Shown here piece after piece: positions 48,431 through 61,846 of a DNA stretch of 64,000 bases. Every line of letters starts with the position of its first letter. Within the stretch, counting starts at the first letter, position 1. Under the pieces are notes generated by a model. It saw only the letters and a list, made by a program, of their open reading frames with translations, ran no database searches and was not told the origin of the DNA. Both the position numbers and the translations under genes were made by a program. Source of the DNA: Carcharhinus amblyrhynchos (Eukaryota); the NCBI GenBank assembly GCA_965287045.1, contig OZ336881.1, positions 43,462,001 through 43,526,000 of the forward strand. Reading direction: 5' to 3'.

Positions 48431-49571
48431 TAATTCTTAAAAAATGTTGGACAGCATAATTCCTTCCTAGACAGATGATAAACATAAACACCATTCATAC
48501 ACAGGCTTTGTCATCCCATGATCTAATTGGTGGCAAGCTTTTATACTTAAGATTTCTGGGCAGCAAGTCCATAATCTCTAAATGACTGCCCAATATATTC
48601 CCCCCCGCCCCAATTCCTTGTTATTATCCTGCCTTCCCTTTTGAGGTCGCACCCAGCCAGCCCCTTAGGGTTGCTTTCTTAATTTGCTTCACTCCCTTCC
48701 CCCTACTGCATAAGCTCCTCTCCCCGAGACAGTCCTCAGGTCACTAACAGCTTCTTTGTCACACAGGCAGAAGAATCATTCATGACAGTGAAAAGTTTTA
48801 AAACAGAAAGCCTTCTTCTGGAGTCGCTCGGCACCGTCAGCAGCTGTGAAAATTGAAAGCGCTTACATTCATTCTGGGCTTTGAAGAGCTTTTAAGACAG
48901 GCTGCAGGTCTCATGGTAACACACTCCAACCATGAACCCCATCCTGAGCTGCTCCTTCATTCACACATCCTCCCCCACCCAGAACCTGCTCCCACCTCTG
49001 CAGCTGGCCAGTTGATACTGTTCCCTTGGAGATCCTGGTACTATGTGGAGAGAGGTGCTCACTCCTTCCGCCCTCTCAGAGGCCTGTTCACCTGGTTCCT
49101 GCTTTTAGAAAGCAGTAATAATTCATGTCCATGTGACATCATGCTGGTGAATGGGAAGATTCAATGAGGGCTGAATATCCGATTTTAACCTCGCTAATTA
49201 TATTAGAATTGATTGAAATTCATTCAGATCAGATTTGCACTCTTCCAGGACATGAGTCTGACCGTGTCAGCAGGAAGGGCCTCGGAACATCGCAATGGGA
49301 ATTCTCATTGGTGCAAATCCCATTTCTGGCCTTTTGTGAGAATTTGTGGCCATAAGAGGATTTGTGCCTGCAGCAAACGATCCTGAAAATTGTGAAACTT
49401 CTTTTAAACTGCTTTTGGCCACATACTTCAAGGCCCCATGGTCATTATCAAGAATGTACTCATCTGCTGAGTCCAGAGATGTAACCATTTTGGGAGTATC
49501 CTTTTGAACAACACTATGCTGGATGATTAAAATAATCATTGCCTACAACGACACGTTCAGCTGCTGACAGG

Positions 49572-49885
49572 CTCAATTTGTCTCAATTTAAGAACAAAGA
49601 TCGAAGTTTACCAGGCAGTAGTTCTTATGTCATTTCTTTATGGGTGTGAGACTTGGACAATCTACTGGCATTACATGAAGAAACTAGAAGCAGTCCACCC
49701 TTACTGAGATCTATTTGTAACATCAGCTGACACGACACCGAGCTTCTGGCATCTCATGTTCATCAGAGCTTAGCTTCTCCGGCTGGGTCATGTGGTTCAC
49801 ATGGAGGATTCCCGCTTACCAAAGGCCATGGGAACCCGCATCACTGGACCACCCCAAACTTAGATATAAAGACAACTTCAGAGTG
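49572..49885 (+). mobile_element. RTE-clade LINE RT C-terminal remnant
   Basis: LNLRTKIEVYQAVVLMSFLYGCETWTIY..LGHVVHMEDSRLPKA..PKLRYKD. Confidence 0.8.
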
Positions 49886-50647
49886 TGCAGACTGGATCCC
49901 AGTGCAAAGTCGGGCAGACAATGCCCATCCCTCCAACACTGACTTCACATGCAGTATGTGCAATGGGGTCTGCAAATTGGTCCAATGTCACACAAGACAA
50001 CATCAAATTAAACTGTAGACCAAATTGTTTTGCTGAATATTCACCTGTCAAAATGATGGTAGAATCCATGAACAACATGCAAGAATAACTACATGTGGCC
50101 AAAGCAACTCAGACCCTTTAGGGTGGAGGGGGTTTGGGGGGAAAGTGTTGTAGTTTGTAGATTCCTGAATGGCCGGTGTGGGTCAGATTCTTGACAACAG
50201 GATAGGGGTCAATTCCTATCAGGGGTGCATTCTGTACCTGCCACCTTGTCCTACCCATGGTGGAAGATCATGATGCTCTGGAGTGGACCAGCCTTCAGGC
50301 AGAGAACTGAAGAAGATGATTTGTTAATATATGTCAATCCAGAATAATTCATTTTATTCTTTTTCACTGGATATTCTGGTAGAAGGTATTTTTTTTGCAA
50401 TAAACAGAGAAAGCATGCTTTGAAGTCAGACTCTAAACCGAGGGTAAATTTTGGTTTTGAAATTTTATTAATGTTTGCTTCATTTTCTTTTGTTTAAAAT
50501 GAAACTTAACTTTTCAATTCAATGTGGAATTTTCAAATAGTTCAAAGTAAACTTCAATAAAATGAAAGGTTCGCCTTTGGTAATCCTTACCAGGAAACCT
50601 CTGCAATATCACCGAGTTTGCTACTAAAGGAATTGTACATAAGTTAG

Positions 50648-50922
50648 AGTTTATTTATTAGTCACAAGTAAGGCTTACATTAACACTGCAATGAAGTTAC
50701 TGTGAAATTCCCCTAGTTGCCACAGTATAGCACCTGTTTGGGTCAATGGACCTAACCAGTACGTCTTTCAGAATGTGGGAGAAAACCAGAGCACCTGGAA
50801 GAAACCCAAGCAGACATGGGGAGAACATGCAGACTCCACACAGACAGTGACCCAAGCTGCAAATCGGATCCAGGTCCCAGGCACTGTGAAGCAGCAGTGC
50901 TAACCATTGTGCCACCATGCTA
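50648..50922 (-). mobile_element. V-SINE, short-tail subfamily
   Basis: Homologous to 30203-30500. Confidence 0.9.
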
Positions 50923-51865
50923 CCCATGTCTACATGCGTGCAGCCAGGACATTCATTAACAACTTTCCAACACAATGCAGCCAAAATCGGCTGAAGTTTC
51001 CAATTAAAACACCAAATGTTTCTCAAGTATCTTGGTGGGAAAGCTCGTGTCAATAACTGAACAATGAATAAATAGCCAAGCTGAGCAGTCATTCCCGAAT
51101 GTGTTTCCTAAATTATTCTGTGAAATAAAGCAAAATGAACGTTGTTAGATTAGCCCAGATAATGAAGTTAAAGGCTGTGTACTCATTAGCCAAAAGGATT
51201 CTGAGAACAATTTAGGATGCAGATGGTCAAATAATGAGAATAAATAATCAAATCGAATGCAGGTGAATGCTAATGTGATTGTTTACAACTCAATTAAGGT
51301 TTACTTTTTAAGTGTAGGTTGTATTTGAGTCACATCTCACAGCCTATGATTGAATAGATCAGGACAATCAATGTGCTTGGAAGGCTTATTTCTTTTAATC
51401 AGCTTGGAATATAAACACTTGAATAGAAGCTACAGCATAGAAATATACTATTTGGACTACACAGTCTCTGAAGATGATTCTAGCTCATATGTGCCTCCTT
51501 CAGTTTTGCTTACCTTTCCCCGCTCTTGCCTTTATCTCTGTTGGATATCCATTAAACTTATTTGTTTAAACTGTCATTGTATGGTGTTGCTACAGCTTCG
51601 AGATGGCCGCTGACATTAAAGATGGCTGCTGAGATCACTCTAGGTTATTGCTTGGTAAGTGCCGCTTGAAAACACTGTTGACAACACTTTCCATCATTTT
51701 GATGATGATTGAGAGTACAATTATGGTAATTGACCAGATTGGATTTGTTCTCCTGTTTTTGGATGGGACATACCTAGCCAATTTTCTATATTGTCAGGTA
51801 GATGTCTGTGTTTTAGCTCTAATGGAACAGTATGACTAAGGATGCTGCCGCTTCTAGAGTACAAG

Positions 51866-53322
51866 TCTTGTATGAAATCTTTGTATCCTCTTTGGTCACA
51901 GGAGAGGTCCCAGAGGACTGGAGAATAGGCAATGTTGTTCCTTCGTTTAAGAAGGGCAACAGGGATAATCTGGAAAATTACAGGTTGGTGAGCCTTACAT
52001 CAGTCACAGAGAAATTATGGAGAGGATTCTTAAGGGCAGGATTTACTCACATTTAGAAAAATATGGACTTATTTGTGATAAGCAACACAGCTTTGTGCAG
52101 GGAAGGTCATGTCTCACAAACTTGATTGAGTTTTTTGAAGAAGTGACAAAGAAGATTGATGAGGACAGGGTGGTGGATGTTGACTACAAGAACTTTAACA
52201 AGGCCTTTGATAACATCCTTCATGGCAGGCTGATACAGAAGGTGAAGTCACATGGGATCCGTGGTGAACTGGTAAGATGGATACAGAACTAACTTGGTCA
52301 TGGAAGAGTAATGTGGAAGGGTATTTTCCTGACTGGAAATCTGTGACTAGTGGAGTTCCTCAAGGGTCGGTACTGGGATCCCTGTTATTTGTAACATACA
52401 TAAATTACTTAGAGGAGAATGTAGGTGATTTGCTGAATAAGTTTGTGGATGACACAAAGATTGAGGGAGCTGCGGATAGTGAGGATTGCCAGAGGCTCCA
52501 GCAGGATATAGATAGGCTGGAAACTTGGGCGGAGAAATGGCAGATGGAAATTAATCCAGAAAATGTGAGGTGATGCATTTTGGAAGGTCTAATGCAGGAG
52601 GGAAGTATACAGTAAATGGCAAAACCCTTAGAAGCATTAACACAAAGAAGGATCGAGGCATACAGATCCACAATTCCCTGAAAGTGGCAAGACAAATGGT
52701 CAAGAAGGCATGTGGTATGCTTGCCTTCATCAGTCAAGGCATAGAGTATAGAAATTGGCAAGTTATTTTGCAGCTGTATAGAAGTTACTTAGGCCACATT
52801 TGGAATATTGCATGCAGTTCTAGTTGCCATACTACCAGAAGGGTGTGGAGACTTTGGAGAGGGTTCAGAACAGATTTAGCAGGACATTGCCTGGTTTGGA
52901 GGATAATGGACAAACTTGATTTGATTTCTCTTGAATGTTGGAGGCTGACAGGTGACCTGACTGACATTTACAAAATTATGGGATGCATGGATAGAATGGA
53001 AAGTCAGAGTCTTTTCCCCAGGGTAGAAATGTCAATTAGTAAGGGGCATAGGTTTAAGGTGAAAGGGGGAAAGTTTAAAGGAGATGTGAGAAGCATGTTT
53101 TTGACACGGAGGATGGAATGTGCTGCCAGAGGAGGTGGTCGAAGCAGATGCAACAGCAATGTTTAAGAGGCATCTTGACTTATAAATGAATAGATAGGTA
53201 AAAGAGGGATATGAATCACAAAGAGGCAAAAGATCTTTAGTTTAGAAAGGCTTCATGTGTTGGCACAGGCTTGCTGGGCCGAAGGGCCTGTTTCTGCACT
53301 GTACTGTTCTTTGTTCTATGTT
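51866..53322 (+). mobile_element. CR1 RT and 3' end, nested in an older antisense LINE fragment (about 51635-51865 and 53325-53695)
   Basis: [37 protein letters not shown]; tail gttctttgttctatgttc. Confidence 0.9.
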
Positions 53323-53930
53323 CAGTAGTGCAGCTGGGATGTTGTTAGGGTCCATCGTCTTTGCTGTATCCACTGTCTTCAGCTGTTTTTCCAGATTGTA
53401 TGGATTGAATTGAATTGAATTGACTAACAGCTGGCACCTATAATGATGGAAAGTTCAGGCAGAGGTTGAGGTGAATCAACCTCTCGGCACTTCTGGATGA
53501 AAATGGTTGCAAATGCTTCAGCCTTACCTCCTCCATCATTGAGGTGAGGAGCTTTGTGCAAGAACTTCCTCCACTTACTTGTTTAATTGTGCAGCACCAT
53601 TCACAAGGAGATGTGACAGGAAGTGGCTTAGAGCTGGTCCATTGGTTGTGAGAACCCTTTGCTCTGTCTATAGCATGCTGCTTCTGCTGTTACAAGGTTT
53701 TCTCACAGAAAAAGTAGCCCATAGCACTTCAGTTTCAGAAAGGTATGAACAAAAAATGACTGCTTAAATTTGGGTCTGTCATGGCTTGGCCTTCTCAGCT
53801 GCTCTGATCTAATGGGGGTTAGCAGGAGGGTTGGGTGGAGAGTGTTGAAGGAAATCTTGTTACTTTGTGCAAGAACACAGAACACTATAAAACACTATAA
53901 AATCAGCACTTACATTTTTCATCTGACTGT

Positions 53931-55455
53931 AATAAGAAATAAGAACATAAGAAATAGGAGCAGGAGTAGGCCATCTAGCCCTTCGAGCCTGCCCCGCCAT
54001 TCAATAAGATCATGGCTGATCTGTCGTGGCTCAGTTCCACATTCCCGCCCTCTCCCCATAACCCTTAATCCCCTCGCTTATCAAAAACCCATCAACCCGC
54101 ATCTTAAAAATATTTAGCGAGGCAGCCTCCACCACTTCAACGGGCAGAGAATTCCAGAGATTCACCACCCTTTGAGTGAAGAAGTTCCTCCTCAACTCCG
54201 TTCTAAACCGCGCCCCCCTTTATCTTGAGGCTGTGCCCCCTAGTCCTACTATCCTTTCTGAGCGGGAAGAGTCTTTCCACCTCTATCCTATCCATCCCAT
54301 TCATCATCTTATACGTCTCAATGAGATCTCCCCTCATTCTTCTAAACTCTAACGAGTACAAGCCTAGTTTATTCAGCCTCTCCTCATAGCTCAACCCCCT
54401 CAACTCCGGCATCAGCCTAGTAAACCTCCTCTGCACTCCCTCCAAGGCCAAAATATCCTTGCGTAAGTGCGGCGACCAAAACTGCACACAGTACTCCAGC
54501 TGCGGCCTCACCAATGCCCTATACAGCCGCAGCAAGACCTCCCTACTTTTATATTCAATCCCCCTCGCTATGAAGGCCAGCATCCCATTCGCCTTCCTGA
54601 CCACCTGCTGCACCTGCAGGCTGGGTTTTTGCGACTCATGCACAAGGACCCTGAGGTCCCTCTGCACAGTCACCTGCTGCAGTTTTTCGCCACGTAAGTA
54701 ATAATCCTTCCTACCATTATTCCTACCAAAGTGGACCACCTCGCACTTGCCAACATTAAATTCCATTTGCCAGTTCCTGGCCCATTCACCCAGCCTATCT
54801 AGATCCTTCTGCAGACTCTCCACACCCTCCGCGCAATTTGCCGTTCCACCAATCTTGGTGTCATCAGCAAATTTCGACACCATACACTCGGTTCCCTCCT
54901 CCAGATCATCTATATAAATGGTAAATAGCTGAGGCCCCAGCACCGACCCCGGGGCACTCCACTGGTCACCAACCGCCAATCCGAATATCACCCATTAACC
55001 CCCACTCTCTGCCTCCTATTTGACAACCAATCCTCTATCCACGCTAACACCCTACCCCCAACTCCATGCCCCCTTACCTTCTGCAATAACCTCTTGTGAG
55101 GTACCTTGTCAAACGCCTTGTGAAAATCAAGAAAGACCACATCCACCGGCTCTCCTCTATCCACCGCCCTAGACACATCCTCATAGAACTCCAATAAATT
55201 TGTCAGACACGACTTCCCCTTAACGAAACCGTGCTGCGTCTGCTCTATCAAGCAATTCCCCTCAAGATGCCTCGCTATTTCCTCCTTGATGACGGATTCT
55301 AACATTTTACCTACAACAGATGTTATACTAACCGACGTATAATTCCCTGCCTTTTGCCTGGCACCCTTCTTAAACAACGGTGTAACATTAGCCGCTTTCC
55401 AATCTTCCGGCACTCCCCCAGAATCCAGCGACGTTTGGAAAATAATCACCAAGGC
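53931..55455 (-). mobile_element. Young 5'-truncated CR1
   Basis: ORFs 54988-55452 and 54203-54991 are near-identical to the 33910 copy; intact tail. Confidence 0.97.
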
Positions 55456-55707
55456 AAATATCTGATATATACATCTATATATCTATATATCTGACACTTC
55501 AAAAAAGACAATGAAATGTTAATAGTAATGAAAAGGTATTGATAAGAGGATTATTACTCTATTGTTTGACAATGACCTACAGGCAGTTGCCAAGTTGGAA
55601 CAGTTAGACATGACTCTTGAGGCACCCCTCATAAATTCAAAATGGTAGTAATGTTGTTTATAACATTTCTGACATTAGGTGATCTCGTTTACAGGTATTT
55701 ACAGTTT

Positions 55708-56012
55708 GGGCAGCACGGTGGCACAGTGGCTAGCACTGCTGCCTCATAGCATCAGGGACCCTGTTCAACTCCTGGCTTGGGGCACTGTTCTCCCCATGTT
55801 GGCGTGGGTTTTCTCCAGCTGCTCTGGTTTCCTCCCACACTCCAAAGATGTGTGGTTAGATTGATTAGCCATGCTAAATTGACCCCTAGTGTCAGGGGGA
55901 TCAGCAAGATAAATAGGTAGGGTTACAGGGGATAGGGCCTGGTGGGGTTGTTGTTGGTGTAGGTTTGATGGGCCAAGTGGTCTTCTTCTGCTCTGCAGGG
56001 ATTCTATTCTAT
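55708..56012 (+). mobile_element. HE1-type V-SINE
   Basis: gggcagcacggtggcacagtggctagcactgctgcctca head and gggattctattctat tail. Confidence 0.9.
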
Positions 56013-56974
56013 AGGAAAAAACATATTTGCCTGGAAAGAAATCTTCCTCTTTCAAACTTAGTGAAAGTGCTGATTTGGTGTCCACAAAACTTTGAAGCAT
56101 AATCCCTGTAGTTCATTCCTGTGAACAAATACTTCTCCCTCCAACTGTAATATAGATCCGAGGCTTTTGATGTATGGTGACTTGGAAAGTTGACAAAAAT
56201 GATGTGCCTTCAGGATTAGAAAAAGAGTACCAGGTGGCCGCTTATTGCAGGACAATTTATTAATTAGTCTGGAAGAGAAACAGATAATGTAACTCAACGC
56301 GAAAGACATTTTCTATTACAATCTGTTCAATATTTTGCCATATTGTCAGTGATGGTTCATGCCCAATGCTGCTTGCTGACTCGATGACTGAATGATAATG
56401 ATTAACAAAAAAAGATGCCAATGCAGCTTGGTGCTGGGCTCTGATTTCATTTTTTTGTCGTTTGTTGCTAGAGGGAACCATTTGAACATAAAATGGAGCA
56501 AAGGCAAGGCATATTAAATCATATTTTTATACTAAAGCTCAAATAAGTCACGCGAAAGTAATGTCCGCAGTATGATAGTGTATCTAGGATATGCTCCTCA
56601 CGCAGTATATTGACGACAGGTTTATGCTATAGACTGTCACTACAACAGCTTAGCTTCTTTTTCATAAACCCATCTGTCACACATTTACAGGACTGTCACC
56701 CACTAGAGGTTTGAAGGTGCTCAGAATCCGTATCTGTGACATGGTCAGATGTGCTTTTTCTTAAGGCCAGCCCATTAAGAGCCAGCCACGGTGATTCTGA
56801 CATGATGGGAAAAATCAAGCTACAATCAGGCACTGCTTTACTTGGAGCAGCTTCAGGTGAACTGGCACAATGAAGCCAGTTTGTAGATTATGATCGGAGG
56901 AAGATTTTTCTGATTAACTTTGAAGATACTGCGCTGGATTCATTTTTATAATCAGCACAATTGTACAGCAATGC

Positions 56975-57465
56975 CGCCATGACAACAGATTAACTGGGTT
57001 ATTTATCTCAGTGGTGTGTGGGATCATGCTACATTCAAATTATCTGCTGCATTTCATTACATTACAGAAGTGACTATACATCAAACGTCATGCATTAGCT
57101 GTGAAGTGCTTGTGAGGATATAGAATCCTACAGTGCAGAAGGAGGCCATTCAGCCCATTGAGTCTGCACTGACCACAATCCCACTCAGGCCCTATCCCCT
57201 TAGTCCCCCTGATATTAAAGAGCAACTTAGCATGGCCAATCCATCTAACCCGCACATCTTTAGATAGCGGGAGGAAACTGGAGCACCCGGAGGAAACCCA
57301 CGCAGACACAGGGAGAATGTGCAAACTCCACACAGTGACCCGAGCCGGAAATCCAACCCAGGTCCCTGGCACCGTGAGGCAGCAGTACTAACCACTGTGC
57401 TACCGTGCCGTCCCCAAAAGTGTTATATATATGAAAAGTGCTACGGAAGTGCAAGCCTTTCTTTT
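56975..57465 (+). mobile_element. DeuSINE-like 3' portion split by an HE1 SINE
   Basis: acagattaactgggttatttatc..acattacagaagtgactatac..gtgaagtgctt, resuming as gaaaagtgctacggaagtgcaagcc after 57420. Confidence 0.55.
57120..57412 (-). mobile_element. HE1-type V-SINE
   Basis: Full antisense head, V-domain and tail. Confidence 0.9.
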
Positions 57466-57499
57466 CCTTCCTGTAATACAATACTTCAGTCCATACATT

Positions 57500-57814
57500 T
57501 ATAGAATCCCTACAATGCAAAAGGAAGCCATTTGGCCCATTGAGCCTGCACCAACAACAATTCCACTCAGGCCCTATCCCTGTAACTCCATGTATTTACC
57601 CTGCTAGTTTCCCTGACGCTAAGGGGCAATCTACCACGACCAATTAACCTAACCCACACATCCTTGGGGTGTGAGAGGAAACCAGAACACCCGGAGGGAA
57701 TCCACGCAGACATGAGGAGAACATGCAAACTCCACACCCACAGTGACCAAATGCTGGAATTGAACGCGGGTTCCTATTGCTGTGAGGCAGCAGTGGTAAC
57801 TACTATGCCACCGT
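57500..57814 (-). mobile_element. HE1-type V-SINE
   Basis: Full antisense head, V-domain and tail. Confidence 0.9.
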
Positions 57815-58035
57815 GACATCCAATACCAATATCGTACCATTCAATACCAATATCACAGGAAGTAATTAGAAAATATAGGTTTGAAGAACAAACTATTTTT
57901 ATCATTGACTATTTTTTTCTTTAGGATTAAATGCATAGAAACAATATTTAATTATACATAGAAATAATTTCGAATAGAAAATCATGTAAATACTGATCAA
58001 TCAATTAGGCAGGCAAGTTCTGAGCAACAGTCAAT

Positions 58036-58395
58036 GCCTGGAATCCTCCGACCTTGCCCAAAGCAAGGATTTTCCAGTCCCGCTGCTATCAATGGAGATT
58101 CAGTTGAGCGCCAAAGTCTCCATTCTCGCTGGCAGTGGCAGTGGGGTGTGTGACATTGGAGAATTCCAGGTAATGTCACACTCTGATTCATTTTGCTCTG
58201 ATGGTTCATATACCACTTTGTCATGCAGAATTTGAAAAATCTGATTTCTGCTTTAAAATTGCAAACATTGGCTGGAAATCTCCGGCATTCATGCCACTGT
58301 CAGCGAGGATGGAGAATTTGGTGCTCAGCTGAATCTCTGTTCACTGCAGTGGGAAGGAAGAATCCTGGAGTGAGCAAGGTCAGATAGTCTGGCCC
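58036..58395. mobile_element. Two copies of a MITE of about 130 bp in opposite orientation (58036-58170, 58270-58395)
   Basis: ctccattctcgctggcagtggca in copy 1 is the reverse complement of tgccactgtcagcgaggatggag in copy 2, allowing two mismatches. Confidence 0.7.
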
Positions 58396-58533
58396 ATTTA
58401 GTCAATCTGTTGAGTCACCGGCTGGTTCATTGTACTGAGTTCCCACCGACAATATTTAAATTTTCATTAATGTTCCTGCGAATCAGGTCTGTGGGCCCTG
58501 CAGTGTGCCTGCGCTAACTGAAGGACTGAACTG

Positions 58534-58903
58534 AAGCCTCCCATCCACTGACCCTTTCTACACTTCCCACTACCTCACAAAAGCAGTCAGCATAATCGAG
58601 GACCTCACGCACCCTGGACACACTCTCTACCATCTTCATCTGTTGGGAAAAAGATTCACAAGTCTGAGGTCACGTACTGACTGACACAGGAACAGCTTTT
58701 TCCCTGCTGTCATCAGATCTTTGAATGGACCTGCTTTATGTCAGGCTGACCTTTTGCTGCACCCTTGCTATTACTGTAACACTACATCTGCAACTTCTCC
58801 TTTCCTCCTCTATGAACGGTATGCTTTGCCTGTATAGTGCACAAGAAACAATACGTTTCACTGTACACTAATACATGTGACAATAATAAATCAAATCAAA
58901 TCA
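58534..58903 (+). mobile_element. Rex1/Babar LINE 3' end
   Basis: SLPSTDPFYTSH..KAVSIIEDLTHPGH..RFTSLRSRT..NSFFPAVIRSLN; tail tgtgacaataataaa followed by TCAAA repeats. Confidence 0.85.
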
Positions 58904-59539
58904 AGGAATGAGACTCAAATAACTAGGGCCAATATATTAAACTTATTTATTATTGCCATTAAACTAATAAAATCCATTACTACGTAATTTTGAAATAACA
59001 CAATTCAATTCCATAATGCCAATGGCAGTTTAGTTGTAGTTATTAGGTTTTGATTAACTATTATTAGGTCTTCCTGTTCATACAATGTGCGTTTAATCTA
59101 TACCCACATATATACTATTTAACTTTGTGTTTGATGTACTCTTAAACAAGTTTTAATTTAGAAATACTGTATTTCTGAAAATAATTTTGATTGAATATTT
59201 GTGCTTATGCTGCAAGAAATGATGTTGAAGAATGGAATATCTCTTTGTTATAATTTAGAAACAGAATGACTATCTCTCAGTCAGGTAGTGTAAAGGGCAC
59301 ACTCAATCACACAGACATAATCCACCAATCCTACTTTCATTACAACTACAATATCATTCTCGAAAGGGCATTTTCACTGCAATGGCATTTCTTATAAACA
59401 CCTTGTCCTTAAGGCACTAATAGGTGTGATTATTAAATTAATCCCACCCATGCTTATCTACACCTTGATTTCTTTGTTTCACTGACAAATCTTGGCCTTG
59501 CCAGTGATGCTCACATTAAAGCATAAAGAAATGCCACAG

Positions 59540-59965
59540 GATATGGGCATTGCTAGCAAGGCCATCATTTATTGTCCATCTCTCATGGTCCTTAAGAAGG
59601 TTATTTTGAGCTGCTGCAGTCTGTGACATATAGGTATACCACAATGCTGCGAGGGAGCAAGTTCCAAGATTTTGACCCAGCAAAAGTGAGGGAATGTCAA
59701 TATATTTCCAGGTCAAACTGGTAGGTGATCAAAGTAGAATCTGGAATTAGTGGCGTTCCCATGCGCCTTCTGCCCTTGCCCTTCTAGGTGGTAGCAGTTG
59801 TGGGTTTGGGAGTCTCTGTTGAAGGAACCTTGGAAAGTTTCATGTTATAGATAGTGTACGTGCATTATAGATGGTGCACACTACTGGCACTGTGCATTAT
59901 TGGAGGAGGGAATGAACGTCAAGGTGGTGAACAGAGCACCAATCAAATGAGCTGCTTTCTCCTGG
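59540..59965 (-). mobile_element. L2/Crack-type LINE 3' end
   Basis: Antisense of the 42710-43000 sequence (gattttgacccagc, ccttctaggtggtag). Confidence 0.75.
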
Positions 59966-59974
59966 ATTCTCCAT

Positions 59975-60910
59975 TTGATGTGTCCATGGATTTCCAAAGG
60001 ATCTTTAATGAATGCCACATGACAGGGATTTGTTAGTAAAGTTGAAGCCTATGAATAAAAATGACTCTATTGATATGGACATGAATTTGGCTGGCAGGAA
60101 ACTGAGAGCAGTGGGAAAGGTGTTTTTAGACTACGTTACGTTAGATTTTTAGGAAGTTTTATAGTGGGGTTTCCCAAGTTTTGCTACTAGCATCACTGCC
60201 ATTCTTGATCTGTATTAATTTTAGCACAATTGACACATCTCCACACCAGTCAAAGACAGTGATGGTCCAACTCTCTGACATTCAGGAGACTGCTGGAGAA
60301 CAGTCCCTGTTGAGTCTGAGTCAGATAATGCACATCTGGAAAAAGTCATTAGCCACACGCCGGAGGATTTATGGATTATGTCCTTCTGTGTGATTGAGTC
60401 TGCCCTTTGCAGTACTTCTCACAACACCATCACTCACATCATTTACAATACTTGACTGAAAGATTCTCACTCTGTCTCCAACATTAAAGTTGAGAGATAC
60501 TCGCTATTTCACAATGTCAAAATTTGCAGATGGCACAAAACATGTAGGGATACTGAATGACTTCAAGGAGATATAAACAGACTAGTCGACTGGGCAGATA
60601 AGTTTCAGATAAAATTGAATACAGAGATGTGTAATATCATACATTTTGGTAGAAGAATGAGGCAAGGCAATATAAAATGAAGAATACAATTCTAAAAGGG
60701 CTGCAGAACAGAGGAACCTGGGGGTTCATGTTCACAAATCATTGAAGGTGGCAGGGCAGGTTGAAAAATTGGTTAAGAAGGCAAACAGAAACCTGGAGAC
60801 AGAGTACAAAAGCAAAGCGTTTACTTTGGGCCTCTACAAAAACTGGTTCAACCTCAACTGGAGCATTGTCCAATTCTGAGCTTTGTGTTTTACGAATGTG
60901 TGAAGGAATT
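59975..60910 (+). mobile_element. Old CR1 RT fragment (tail probably at 61570-61745)
   Basis: MDFQRIFN, KFADG, LVDWADKFQIKLN remnants. Confidence 0.65.
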
Positions 60911-60989
60911 GGAGAGTGGGTCACAAGCCTGGCATAACATGCTGGGTTACACATTAGTCAGGAACAGTTATAGCCCAGCTCTCTGGCTG

Positions 60990-61300
60990 TCAGAGGGCTG
61001 TTGGAGAACAGGGTGTGCTGAATCTAACTCAGATAACGTACACCTGGATACAGTCATGGCCCACATGCCGGACATGCAACAACAGGCAGCGGCAGAACAT
61101 TGCGCAGAGCTGTGAGAGACAGTCAACAGAGTTGAATGATGGACAGGGGAGTCTATTCGCATTCTGTCTGATTTCGCAGCTCCAACACTTCAGCACCTCA
61201 GGATTTCCATGGGAAAGATGGCAGCTGTCATGGCAACCTTTGTTCAGCAGGTTCTGCCAGATTTGCGTTGGACCTGTATTCTGCCATTCTGGACATTGTT
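60990..61300 (+). pseudogene. Possible coiled-coil C-terminus of a Harbinger Myb-like ORF
   Basis: ESIRILSDFAAPTLQHLRISMGKMAAVMATFVQQ resembles the decayed region at about 26400-26490 of the other Harbinger copy. Confidence 0.35.
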
Positions 61301-61787
61301 CCTTTAAAGTTGATGATCCAGTTCCCTTGCTCTTGTATCTCCAACAATGTGCGCATCTCTATCACTGCAAGTAGTGTCTCATTCAGGAGGCCATGATGAA
61401 AGCAAGTCCAATAAATGCATGGTTTGTGCTGCAGTGCTGCCTTTTACTTCCCAGAGCAGCTGCCCACAGCTTTGGCTGCTTACCTTTCCCAGGACCACAG
61501 CCTGGTGAAACACGAGGTGAACATATTAACCATACGTAATGCCCCAGCCATTCCTGCTAAGCCATAAAGGACAATTGACGGGTTTTTAAAGGAGGAAGAG
61601 TTGATATGTCGTTTTATGGTCAGCAAACCCTTTTCTGTTGGTTTGAAGGCAGGAGAATGAGGATGAGAAAATTATCAGCCGTGATTGAATGGCGGAGCAA
61701 ACTCGATGGGCTGAGTGGCCTAATTCTGCTCCTGTGTCTTATGGCCTTTCGGTTTGCCCTTACCAAACCCGGGTGTTCTCAGTCCCA

Positions 61788-61846
61788 GGGTGGAATTTTA
61801 CTGCCTTGCTTGGGTGATACCTGGGTGGAGTGGTAGATTTCCAGCC
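61788..61846. mobile_element. Minimal MITE of about 58 bp
   Basis: gggtggaattttac..gtagatttccagcc. Confidence 0.5.

Noticed and set aside
48827-48847. Possible REST/RE1 site
   Set aside because: Only the left half (tcggcacc) resembles the consensus; GGACAG is absent.
51601-51632. Tandem YY1-like agatggc(c/t)gctga words
   Set aside because: Small local duplication at the edge of a LINE fragment with no other promoter features.
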